Source of the DNA: an archaeon
GTDB lineage: Archaea; Methanobacteriota_B; Thermococci; Methanofastidiosales; NM3
DNA length: 64,000 bases
Assembly (NCBI GenBank): GCA_004212155.1
Contig: RXIG01000019.1
Span: 33,144-97,143, forward strand
Direction: 5' to 3'
The notes beneath the pieces are model-generated. The model searched no databases and had not been told where the DNA came from. It saw only the letters and a list, made by a program, of their open reading frames with translations. The translations under genes and the position numbers were made by a program. Shown one piece after another: positions 56,309 through 64,000 of this stretch (the first letter of the stretch is position 1; every line of letters starts with the position of its first letter).

Positions 56309-56728
56309 CTAGAACTCCGCCTCATCATCGAGCTTCTTGTTTGCAAGCGCATCGACGTGCGTGATGAGCGGGTCTGTCCTGCGCACGTGCGTGAAGGTCA
56401 CGCTGGAAAAGTGGGTGGCCTGTGAGCGCACCTTCTCATGCAGCGGCCGCAGGTGCGGTGTTTTCACCTTCCACGTTCCACGCAGCTGGAATATCACAAG
56501 CTGGGAATCCGACACGACCACTACAGGACCGCGTGTGAAGTCCTTTGCCTTCTCAAGGCCAAGGATGACGGCGGTGTACTCTGCCACGTTGTTGGTCGAG
56601 ACACCAATGTAACTTGCCTCCTCATACAATATGGTGTCGTTGCGCACTATGCAGTACGCGCTGGCAGAATCACCCGGATTGCCGCGTGAGGCGCCATCCG
56701 TGTAGACGTAGATGTCATCTGTGTTCAT
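56309..56728 (-). CDS. rnhA: Ribonuclease HI
   Basis: YTDGASRGNPGDSA and the later VSDSQLV and ALANK blocks are present. I moved the start to ATG 56728 (MNTDDIYVY...). Confidence 0.85.
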   Translation of the reverse strand: MNTDDIYVYTDGASRGNPGDSASAYCIVRNDTILYEEASYIGVSTNNVAEYTAVILGLEKAKDFTRGPVVVVSDSQLVIFQLRGTWKVKTPHLRPLHEKVRSQATHFSSVTFTHVRRTDPLITHVDALANKKLDDEAEF

Positions 56729-56863
56729 GTGATTACCCACTCCAGTGAATACCACAACGACTTAAAAAAGTAATCCCATGGCGGCAAATATCATGACACG
56801 GCAGGAAAACACTGGCCAAAAGCAAAATGCTTAAAAGGTATGGGCGGGAATCGTTGCAAAAGA

Positions 56864-57673
56864 ATGCAGAAGGTGGTCCTTGTTGCCGCGACTAAGGGAA
56901 TATATGTGATCAAGTTAGGCACGTCACTTATAACAGACATCGCAACGAATCAGATTCGTATCGAGACACTAAACAATCTTACCGACCAGATCGCACGGGC
57001 CCATGAAAAAAAACACGTTATCGTCGTGTCATCCGGGTCTATAGGGCTGGGGCTCAGCACGCTCAATCTGACCAAGCGCCCGAAAGAGATGGCAAAGAAG
57101 CAGGCGGCAGCCGCGATCGGACAAAACAAGCTCATGAACACGTATGAGAAGCTGTTCAACAAGCGAAACATTACCATTGCCCAGGTGCTGCTCACAAAAG
57201 ACGGCATACTCTCGGAGAAAGGTTACAACAATGCCTACAACACCATTCTCACGCTCCTCGAGTACGGCGTCGTCCCCATCATCAACGAGAACGACACGAT
57301 TGCCACCGAGGAGATCCAGTTCGGTGATAACGACAATCTGGCCTCGTACGTGGCACAGATGATGCAGGCCGAGATGCTCATCCTTCTTACCGACACCGAC
57401 GGTCTCTACACGAGCGACCCGTCGATAGACCCCTATGCGCAAAAGCTCGAGGTGGTCCATGAGATCACAAGGGACATCGAGCTATCAGCGGGCGTGACAA
57501 ACGGCCTGTGTTCGGTCGGAGGAATGAACTCGAAGATACAGGCGGCCCAACGTGCCCTGCTTCACGGAGTACCGGTAACGATAGCAAGCGGCTTTGATAC
57601 CTCGTGCATCGAGAAGATAGTCGACGGCAAGCCGTGTGGAACGCTCTTCATACCGCCAGGGGATGATATTTGA
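56864..57673 (+). CDS. proB: Glutamate 5-kinase (short form without PUA domain)
   Basis: VIKLGTSLIT, VSSGSIGLG and INENDT...FGDNDNLA motifs are present. The protein ends right after the kinase domain. An alternative start is ATG 56840. Confidence 0.85.
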   Translation: MQKVVLVAATKGIYVIKLGTSLITDIATNQIRIETLNNLTDQIARAHEKKHVIVVSSGSIGLGLSTLNLTKRPKEMAKKQAAAAIGQNKLMNTYEKLFNKRNITIAQVLLTKDGILSEKGYNNAYNTILTLLEYGVVPIINENDTIATEEIQFGDNDNLASYVAQMMQAEMLILLTDTDGLYTSDPSIDPYAQKLEVVHEITRDIELSAGVTNGLCSVGGMNSKIQAAQRALLHGVPVTIASGFDTSCIEKIVDGKPCGTLFIPPGDDI

Positions 57674-58917
57674 TGAGTTACGCAGAGGATTTGGGAAAGC
57701 AATCGAAGAAGGCATGGTACATGCTCTCGACACTTGATACAGCCACGAAAAACGAAGTATTGCACGCGCTTGGGTCGCGGCTTGTCGAGAGGAAGGACTA
57801 CATCCTAAAGGAGAACGAAAAGGACGTCGCTGAGGGCAAGGAGAGTGGGCTCTCCGATGCACTGATCGACAGATTGTCGCTATCCGAGGCACGTATCGGG
57901 GGTATGGCTGATGGTGTGCGGTCGATCGCGGCACTGCCCGATCCCGTCGGCGCTGTGGAAGGCATGAAACGCCTCCCAAACAAGTTGCTTGTGGGAAAGA
58001 TGAAGGTGCCCATTGGTTCTATCCTCATCATTTACGAGGCACGACCCAACGTTACGGTCGATGCGTTTGCGCTCTGTTTCAAATCAGGAAATGCGACCAT
58101 ACTCAAGGGCGGGTCCGAGGCAATACACTCAAACCGTGCGCTTATCACCGTCATCAGGGAAGCGCTCGAGGAAGTGGGTGTTGACAGAAACGTGGTACAG
58201 TTCGTCGATACGACCGACCGCACGGTCGTCAACGAGCTGCTCACGCTTGACAAGCACATCGACCTCATCATCCCTCGTGGCGGCGAAGGGCTTATCACGT
58301 TCGTCGCAAAGAACGCAACGATACCGGTCATCAAGCACTACAAGGGCGTCTGCCACGTCTACGTCGATGACAAGGCCGACCTCGATGATGCGCTCGCAAT
58401 CGCCGTCAATGCCAAGACCCAGCGGCCAGGTGTGTGCAACGCTATCGAGACGCTACTTGTCCATGAGGGTGTGGCAGAAACGTTCCTTCCCTCGCTCAGG
58501 GACAAGATGGATGAGCACAATGTCTCCCTGCGCGGATGTGACAAGGCCGTTAAGGTGTTGCTCGGCATAGAACCGGCGACCGAGGACGACTGGTATACCG
58601 AATACCTTGACCTCATCCTTTCGATAAGGGTCGTTGCTGACATCGACGAGGCCATAGAACATATTAACACGTACGGGTCGCACCACAGCGACGCCATCGT
58701 TACCAACGATCACGTGCGCGCGATGCGTTTCCTGCAGGAGGTCGACTCCGCGGCAGTCTATGTCAACGCCTCGACACGCTTCACCGACGGTGCCGAGTTC
58801 GGCCTGGGCGCCGAGATAGGCATCTCGACTGACAAGATACACGCACGGGGCCCCATGGGGCTCGAGGAGCTAACATCGACCAAATGGATCGTCTTCGGCG
58901 AGGGACAGATACGCTAG
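57670..58917 (+). CDS. proA: Gamma-glutamyl phosphate reductase
   Basis: This 415-aa aldehyde-dehydrogenase-fold protein has the catalytic-Cys context RPGVCNAIETLLVH. Its start overlaps the proB stop. Confidence 0.9.
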   Translation: MMSYAEDLGKQSKKAWYMLSTLDTATKNEVLHALGSRLVERKDYILKENEKDVAEGKESGLSDALIDRLSLSEARIGGMADGVRSIAALPDPVGAVEGMKRLPNKLLVGKMKVPIGSILIIYEARPNVTVDAFALCFKSGNATILKGGSEAIHSNRALITVIREALEEVGVDRNVVQFVDTTDRTVVNELLTLDKHIDLIIPRGGEGLITFVAKNATIPVIKHYKGVCHVYVDDKADLDDALAIAVNAKTQRPGVCNAIETLLVHEGVAETFLPSLRDKMDEHNVSLRGCDKAVKVLLGIEPATEDDWYTEYLDLILSIRVVADIDEAIEHINTYGSHHSDAIVTNDHVRAMRFLQEVDSAAVYVNASTRFTDGAEFGLGAEIGISTDKIHARGPMGLEELTSTKWIVFGEGQIR

Positions 58918-58966
58918 TCCCTTACTTTTTTCTATTAGTTTTTTATGTCGGCGATGTATAAGTAGT

Positions 58967-59452
58967 ATGATGACCATGAATGTTCTTGTAGTCTACTACT
59001 CACGTTCGGGTATTACAAGGCGCGTTGCCCGGGATTTGGCCTCAATGATGGATGCGGATATCGAGGAGATCATCGACCCCACGGACAGGTCCGGCATAAT
59101 TGGGTATATCCGTTCGGTATGGCATGTGGTTCGCAACAAGGAAGCGCCCATACGCACACCGCAAAACGACCCGTCAACCTACGACCTCGTAATCATTGGG
59201 ACGCCCGTATGGGGCAGAAAGATGTCTGCGCCCGTTCGGGCATATATATCACAGATGCGCATGCTCCTACCCAGCGTGGCGTACTTCTGTACGATGAAGG
59301 GCACGGGCGACATATCGGCTCTTGAGGGTATGGCACAACATGCGGGAAAGACGCCGCTGGCGCAGATAACGTTCAGTGAGCAGGACGTCAAGAAGGGGGC
59401 TCACGCATCCGAGCTTGAGGCCTTTGCGAGCGTGCTCAAGAGTGCTGCCTGA
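58967..59452 (+). CDS. Flavodoxin-like protein
   Basis: VLVVYYSRSGITRRVA at the N-terminus. 161 aa. Confidence 0.65.
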   Translation: MMTMNVLVVYYSRSGITRRVARDLASMMDADIEEIIDPTDRSGIIGYIRSVWHVVRNKEAPIRTPQNDPSTYDLVIIGTPVWGRKMSAPVRAYISQMRMLLPSVAYFCTMKGTGDISALEGMAQHAGKTPLAQITFSEQDVKKGAHASELEAFASVLKSAA

Positions 59453-59570
59453 CATCGCCGTCACCAGCTGAGGGCACATCCTGGCCTGAGTGCGTGGCAA
59501 CGAATGTGCGTCAAAAACGCCCATCCATGACTGTAAAAAGCTATAAATAGTACCGGTCATACGCCCCACC

Positions 59571-59984
59571 ATGCGCATACGAGCACACCATCTCCTATGC
59601 ATACAGGGGTTTCAGGGTTACGGTTATTCTGATGTTTTCATAAAACACATGGCAACGGTAATAGCCCAGCTGCACATGAATCCGGAGATAACGATCACTG
59701 ATTCGCTTGACGAGATCTGCGGGGCATGCCCCCACAACGACGGCCAACGGTGCATCAAATGTGGAGAATCGGTGGTAAGGATAGACCACACCGTGCTGGA
59801 GATGATCCATACGTCGCAAGGCAGCTCATGGCATGCGAGCGACGCCATAGAGCTTACGCGGTCACGGTTCGCAACGATGGAGGACGTGAATCGCGTATGC
59901 GGCACGTGCCAGTGGCGCAAACAGTGCGCATTCTATATGGGTATCAAAAAAAGGGAAGAAAAAGAAAGGGAAAAAGGGTCATAG
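59571..59984 (+). CDS. DUF1284-family Cys-rich protein
   Basis: The N-terminus MRIRAHHLLCIQGFQGYGYS is characteristic of DUF1284. Later CGACP and CGTCQW motifs are present. Confidence 0.7.
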   Translation: MRIRAHHLLCIQGFQGYGYSDVFIKHMATVIAQLHMNPEITITDSLDEICGACPHNDGQRCIKCGESVVRIDHTVLEMIHTSQGSSWHASDAIELTRSRFATMEDVNRVCGTCQWRKQCAFYMGIKKREEKEREKGS

Positions 59985-59989
59985 ACCCC

Positions 59990-61903
59990 TTAAATGCCTA
60001 GATCCTTTCGCTTGTTCTCGATATGTGAGAGGATGTTTTGTCCCGCTTTCTTGGCATCTGTTTCTACGTCGATGACACCGCCGGTCACACCCTTGACGTC
60101 ATCAGTGAGCAACTGCACCAGGTTAGGTGCGCCAGTGATCGGCGGCACTGGATTCACATATGTATAGAGCCCAAGCGCCAGTGCGAAGATGGCATCGATT
60201 GTAGCCTTCTGTTCCATATACTCTGGGGCCACTGCCGCAACGGGCAGCTCTGGCACGGACACACCGAGCGCCTCGGAGACGGCAAGCAACAGATCGGCAA
60301 GCCGGCCCGTGTCGGTGCACGTGCCGAAGCTGAGCACAGGCGGCACGCCGAGTGCCCCGCATACCTTCTTCAATCCGGGTCCTGCCATCTCGAGGGCGTC
60401 AGGCGAGCAGAGTCCGGCGACCTGCATGGCCGCGTTGCCGCACCCGAGCGACAGCACGAGGACATCGTTTGCGATAAGCTCCTTTGCAACCTCCACACTA
60501 TGGGTGTCCTGCCCCTTGTCGCGAAGGGTGGTGCAGGAAACAAGACCTGCGACACCCCTGATAGAGCCATCCTTGATGGCATCGAGCAACGGGTCGAGCG
60601 TGCCACCAAGCGCTTCAAGGATGCTCTCGGTCGAGAACCCGACGATCGCCTCACTCATCGGCAGGTCTGTTACGGCACCACCGAGGTCCTTTCGCTCCTT
60701 GAAGTTCTCAAGTGCCATCTCGATGAGCTGTCCGGCCTGGCCAGCGGCCTCCTCGGGCATGTAGTTGATACGGGTATCGACGCCTTCGAACGCGACGAGG
60801 TCGCTTACCGGCACAAGCTTGAAGTGGTAGCGTTCGGCATAGAGCGGATCGACAGGCAGCGAACAGTTCATGTCGGCGGCAAACAGGTCGACGCATCCGC
60901 TTGCGAGCACGGCCTCCTGCATGATCCAGTTGCCTGTGTACCCGTAGAACACATCATCGGTCTCCCACCGCTGGACCATCTCCTGGCCCGTCTCGATGTT
61001 GGCGATGACGCGTATGCCCTTGGCGCCCATCTCGTGCGCCTTTTCCTGCCACTCGGGCTTTCTGCACTCCTGGACGAGGGCAAATCCCATGAACGGTTCG
61101 TGACCGTTGGGAAGTATGTTGACGTAGGCGGGGTCGAGGACGCCAAGATCAACGCGCATGGTGTGCGGCTTGGGGACGCCATAGAGCACGTCCTGGCACG
61201 CCTCGAGTACGATCTGGCTCTGATATGCCATCGCTATGCCAAGACGCATCGCCTTGAGAGCGAGGCTGACGTAGTATCCGTCAACGTTGGTCAGGCACGA
61301 GCTCGTCGCTTGCATCATCTCTCCGTAGATGCCGCCGGGGAATATGCCGAGCTCTCGCCATTTCTCCTGGCGCTCGGGAGGGGCGAGCCGGCGCACGATG
61401 TCGCTTTCCTCGTAGTGAGGGCGTTCGAACTCTTCCTCAACGTAGTCGCAAAGCGCAAGCGCAACATCCTCGTCCGATCCAGACGTGTCAACGCCAAGGC
61501 GCTCGGCAAGTGTGCGCAGCCTGTCTGATGCGGTGATCGCGTAGGGCGCATTTCCCTTGGCCGTGGCACGAAGCGTCCGTATGGTCTGGTCGGCATGATA
61601 GTGATAAGTGGACGCGCCCATGACGTTTCGAAGCAGCATCATACGCATCGCCATGCCATCGGCGGTGATGCCGCACACGCCGCGCTTGTCCTTTTCGGCA
61701 TCGGCCCTGCAGGGGCCATTTGAACACAGGTCGCACCTGTTGCCGCCCATGCAGAATGGGCAGCGGCGGTCAGGCGCGCCAAGCCCCTGGGCCTCATAAC
61801 GGTCCCAGACGTTCGTAATGCCGTCCTCGTGGACCTTCTTGTACATCTTCTTCACTGAATCGTGATACGAAATCCTACTATCCTCCAACGTGAGTACCTC
61901 CAT
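59990..61903 (-). CDS. cooS: CooS-family protein (Ni-CODH scaffold), probably CooS-V-type deviant lacking one canonical C-cluster cysteine
   Basis: The N-terminal B/D-cluster region is CPFCMGGNRCDLCSNGPCR...GVCGITAD. Later ligand contexts NGHEP, MNCSLP, VSCTT, LGCGNA and FGTCTD are present. Where canonical enzymes have CC(T)G this protein has NIETG (Ile-Glu codons at 60997-60992). The start is set at ATG 61903, because the listed N-terminal extension is an AT-rich promoter read-through. Confidence 0.8.
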   Translation of the reverse strand: MEVLTLEDSRISYHDSVKKMYKKVHEDGITNVWDRYEAQGLGAPDRRCPFCMGGNRCDLCSNGPCRADAEKDKRGVCGITADGMAMRMMLLRNVMGASTYHYHADQTIRTLRATAKGNAPYAITASDRLRTLAERLGVDTSGSDEDVALALCDYVEEEFERPHYEESDIVRRLAPPERQEKWRELGIFPGGIYGEMMQATSSCLTNVDGYYVSLALKAMRLGIAMAYQSQIVLEACQDVLYGVPKPHTMRVDLGVLDPAYVNILPNGHEPFMGFALVQECRKPEWQEKAHEMGAKGIRVIANIETGQEMVQRWETDDVFYGYTGNWIMQEAVLASGCVDLFAADMNCSLPVDPLYAERYHFKLVPVSDLVAFEGVDTRINYMPEEAAGQAGQLIEMALENFKERKDLGGAVTDLPMSEAIVGFSTESILEALGGTLDPLLDAIKDGSIRGVAGLVSCTTLRDKGQDTHSVEVAKELIANDVLVLSLGCGNAAMQVAGLCSPDALEMAGPGLKKVCGALGVPPVLSFGTCTDTGRLADLLLAVSEALGVSVPELPVAAVAPEYMEQKATIDAIFALALGLYTYVNPVPPITGAPNLVQLLTDDVKGVTGGVIDVETDAKKAGQNILSHIENKRKDLGI

Positions 61904-61922
61904 ATAGATATCGTGAAGGAGA

Positions 61923-61930
61923 TATATAAA
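61923..61930 (-). promoter_or_regulatory. TATA box of the cooS-family gene
   Basis: The minus strand reads TTTATATA about 20 nt upstream of ATG 61903, which fits a leaderless or very short-leader transcript. Confidence 0.45.
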
Positions 61931-61977
61931 TCTGGTCATTTTATAGTTTTTCAAACTATTACTATTGTAAAAGTAGT

Positions 61978-62007
61978 AAAAAAAGTCGTATCGCGGCATG
62001 TGCCGCG
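61978..62007 (-). terminator. Hairpin plus T7 run after the MinD-ferredoxin ATPase operon
   Basis: A perfect 16-nt palindrome CGCGGCATGTGCCGCG (61992-62007) starts 1 nt after the stop at 62009. On the minus strand it is followed by TTTTTTT (61984-61978). Confidence 0.45.
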
Positions 62008-62008
62008 A

Positions 62009-62875
62009 TCATCGTGAGTCGAGCAATCCCACAAGTGAGTCCCATACGTCGCCAAGAGCGGACGTGAGCGCAGCGTTGCCGTATTCGGGAAGCGTCTTGC
62101 GGCTTGCTATCGCGCGGTAGACGTCGATGTCATATGGCATCTTGCCCACAACAGGGATACCGTTGCTGTCGCACCACTTGGTGATGGAGGCGGTCATGTC
62201 GGTATTGATATCGTACTTGTTGATACAGACCGCGGTAGGTACGGACAGCGAGCCTGCAAGTTCCGATACGCGTTCGAGGTCCCATTTTCCCGAAAACGTG
62301 GGTTCGCATACGACAAGCGCGAGATCTGCACCAGTAAGGGATGCGATGACGGGGCATCCGATACCGGGCGGTCCATCGATGATTATCGTCTCAGCGCCTG
62401 ACTCCCCTGCCACCTCGTGAGCCTTCTCGCGAACGGCTGTGACGAGCTTTCCTGAACCCTCCTCCCTGTAGCGCATGTCCATGTAGATGAATGGTCCGAA
62501 TCGTGTCGTTGACCTATGGAGCGTCCCGGCCACGCGCTCTTCCATGGTGATGGCATCAGTAGGGCATACATAAGCGCAAACGCCGCATCCCTCGCAGCGC
62601 TGCTCGTCGATTGCGAGCGCGCCGTCGATGGCATCGAATCTGCACGCATTGAAACACTTGCCGCAGGAATTGCACATGTCCTTATCGACCACGGCCACGA
62701 TCGAGCCAACGATAGGCGTCTGCTCGATGGAGCGCGGCGTGAGGAGGATGGGAAGGTTCGAGGCATCGACATCGCAGTCGGCGATGACGCACTCAGGGGC
62801 AAACGACATGAACGAAGCGGCGACCGTCGTCTTGCCCGTACCGCCCTTTCCGCTCACGACGGCTATCTCCCTCAT
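62009..62875 (-). CDS. MinD/ParA-superfamily P-loop ATPase with inserted 2x[4Fe-4S] ferredoxin domain (COG1149-like)
   Basis: Deviant Walker A is present as SGKGGTGKTT. The inserted motifs are CNSCGKCFNAC and CEGCGVCAYVCP. Confidence 0.8.
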   Translation of the reverse strand: MREIAVVSGKGGTGKTTVAASFMSFAPECVIADCDVDASNLPILLTPRSIEQTPIVGSIVAVVDKDMCNSCGKCFNACRFDAIDGALAIDEQRCEGCGVCAYVCPTDAITMEERVAGTLHRSTTRFGPFIYMDMRYREEGSGKLVTAVREKAHEVAGESGAETIIIDGPPGIGCPVIASLTGADLALVVCEPTFSGKWDLERVSELAGSLSVPTAVCINKYDINTDMTASITKWCDSNGIPVVGKMPYDIDVYRAIASRKTLPEYGNAALTSALGDVWDSLVGLLDSR

Positions 62876-63717
62876 GAGGACACCTCCGTTAGAATGGTGT
62901 CAAAGAGGGCAACAAACATTTCGCGCCACTGGTCGGACATGGCTGAAAGCGGTATACCATTAGACCCTGCCATCGCTATCTCCCTGCTGTGTGGTATCGT
63001 GGCGATGACGGGGATGGAACGATTGGCGAGGTAGTCATCGACATCGATGTCACCCGCGCCGTACTTGTTGACGATGACGCCGTAGGGCAGCCCCATGTCC
63101 TTGGCCAGGTCGATGACCATCTCGAGATCATGGAGGCCAAAAAGTGTCGGCTCTGTGACGAGAATGGCGTAGTCGCATCCCTCGAGTGCCTCGACGGTGG
63201 GACACGAGCTTCCGGGTGGCGCATCGAGGATGACAGGATTATCATCCTTGACGCGCGTCTTGAGTTCGTGGATCACGGGTGGTGCCCGTGCCTCTCCAAC
63301 GGTAAGAAGACCTCTGAAAAAGGTGAGTTGCCCCTTGGTGCCCCCCTCGATTATACCGACCCTGCGAGGCTTTTCATCGATCGCATCGACCGGACAGACG
63401 AGTGAGCATCCGCCGCATCCATTGCACATCTGGGGAAAGACAAGCACATCGGTTGGAAGCACTGCCAGAGCATTATACCGGCAAAACGACGAACAATCAC
63501 CGCAGAGCGTGCACAGATCACTGTCGATAGAGGGCGTCGGTATCGTCACGTCACACACCTTCGAGAGTGAAATGCCAAGATAATGGTGGTCATCAGGTTC
63601 CTCGACGTCGCAGTCAAGCAGCGTGCACGCGCCGATGCTATGGGCAAGTCCCGTCGCGACGGTGGTCTTGCCAGTGCCGCCCTTTCCGCTTGCTATGGCT
63701 ATCCGCATGGTGTTCAC
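62872..63717 (-). CDS. MinD/ParA-superfamily P-loop ATPase with inserted 2x[4Fe-4S] ferredoxin domain (COG1149-like), paralogue
   Basis: SGKGGTGKTT, CTLCGDCSSFC and CNGCGGCSLVCP are present. It overlaps both neighbours by 4 nt. Confidence 0.8.
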   Translation of the reverse strand: MNTMRIAIASGKGGTGKTTVATGLAHSIGACTLLDCDVEEPDDHHYLGISLSKVCDVTIPTPSIDSDLCTLCGDCSSFCRYNALAVLPTDVLVFPQMCNGCGGCSLVCPVDAIDEKPRRVGIIEGGTKGQLTFFRGLLTVGEARAPPVIHELKTRVKDDNPVILDAPPGSSCPTVEALEGCDYAILVTEPTLFGLHDLEMVIDLAKDMGLPYGVIVNKYGAGDIDVDDYLANRSIPVIATIPHSREIAMAGSNGIPLSAMSDQWREMFVALFDTILTEVSS

Positions 63718-64000
63718 CTCGTGCTTTTATGGCCGCGGGTGCAGACAAGGGATCCCACGGGGGCACCGACGCTTTCTGCAAGCACAGGGCATTTGGGCGT
63801 TAAGAGAAAGAAAATATCCTCATTCTCACTTAGCATCTCGTAGTTTCCCTGCCCCTTGGCGATGACCGTGTCATAAGAGTCCATCACGTGCCTAAAAGCG
63901 TTGGATTCGCGGGGAATGCCTGAGGTCATCTCCCCGTTGCCGACACGCAGAGGGGTGCAGTATCCAAGCTCGTTGAATCCCACGTCTCGCCAGTCCTCCT
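63714..64000 (-). CDS. DUF89/ARMT1-family (damage-control phosphatase-like) protein, C-terminal part (5' end outside window)
   Basis: The frame stays open to the window edge upstream of the listed GTG. The C-terminal block IAKGQGNYEML...FFLLTPKCPVLA is DUF89-like. Confidence 0.65.
   Translation of the reverse strand, partial: EDWRDVGFNELGYCTPLRVGNGEMTSGIPRESNAFRHVMDSYDTVIAKGQGNYEMLSENEDIFFLLTPKCPVLAESVGAPVGSLVCTRGHKSTR

Noticed and set aside
57670-57673. Apparent truncation of proB (no PUA domain) as a pseudogene
   Set aside because: Short PUA-less glutamate 5-kinases are a normal variant. The kinase motifs are intact and the gene is translationally coupled to proA.
1704-61903. Idea that cooS plus the group-4 hydrogenase form a CO-oxidising, H2-evolving (Coo-type) system
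   Set aside because: The two loci are about 50 kb apart. No CooF or CooC is present, the hydrogenase has Ehb-type rather than CooLH-type organisation, and the CooS-like protein appears to lack a Ni-ligand cysteine.
61904-61999. N-terminal extension of the cooS-family ORF (MPRYDFFYYFYNSNSLKNYK...)
   Set aside because: It is a translation of AT-rich promoter and terminator DNA (Tyr/Phe/Asn-rich). It contains the TATA box and the hairpin/T7 terminator of the upstream operon.
1-64000. CRISPR arrays, transposases/integrases, rRNA/tRNA genes, and Sec/Pyl recoding
   Set aside because: I saw no regularly spaced direct repeats, no mobile-element enzymes, and no cloverleaf or rRNA-like segments. All recognisable genes are uninterrupted. 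TAG is used as an ordinary stop (e.g. 775-777, 48574-48576, 59982-59984), which argues against pyrrolysine decoding.

Overview
This is a compact, moderately GC-rich archaeal chromosomal segment. The archaeal markers are Alba, ribosomal protein L10e/uL16, ATP-dependent DNA ligase, archaeal-type AspRS, an ArcS-like PUA protein, archaemetzincin, DUF460 and an ASH-Ski2-type helicase. I support about 70 protein genes, with very short or negative spacers. I recognised no rRNA, tRNA, CRISPR array, transposase or integrase.

Main blocks:
1. 1.7-10.8 kb: a 15-gene, translationally coupled Mrp-like / group-4 [NiFe]-hydrogenase operon. Its distal half runs 14-cluster polyferredoxin, 2x[4Fe-4S] protein, NuoB-like subunit, large subunit, NuoH-like subunit. 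That is Ehb-type order, and there is no NuoC-like subunit.
2. 11.2-13.3 kb: Alba, a KH protein and AspRS.
3. 13.4-15.9 kb: an overlapping LOG/SLOG-like + long coiled-coil + bactofilin-like operon.
4. 15.9-23.8 kb: a NapH-like membrane Fe-S protein, OTCase, radical SAM and DNA ligase.
5. 23.8-27.9 kb: an envelope-glycan-looking cluster of LRV/HEAT-repeat protein, GT-C-like membrane protein, polysaccharide deacetylase and MBL hydrolase.
6. 35.3-38.4 kb: archaemetzincin + two radical-SAM proteins + a lipoate-ligase-family protein, resembling the two-component archaeal lipoyl synthase (LipS1/LipS2) arrangement.
7. 38.5-59.5 kb: tandem M29 aminopeptidases, a VapBC-like pair, helicase, GlcD/GlcF-like oxidoreductase, NfeD-stomatin, PmbA/TldD, RNase HI and proBA.
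8. 59.9-64 kb: a CooS-family gene whose canonical C-cluster Cys-Cys pair reads Ile-Glu (a CooS-V-like deviant). Upstream is a separately terminated operon of DUF89 plus two MinD-type ATPases with inserted ferredoxin domains.

Three GC-rich non-coding spacers (about 10.9-11.2 kb, 34.5-34.8 kb and 53.2-53.5 kb) carry nested helices or shared motifs and are candidate ncRNA or regulatory regions.

All functional calls come from by-eye motif recognition in the supplied translations. No database search, folding or statistics were run.
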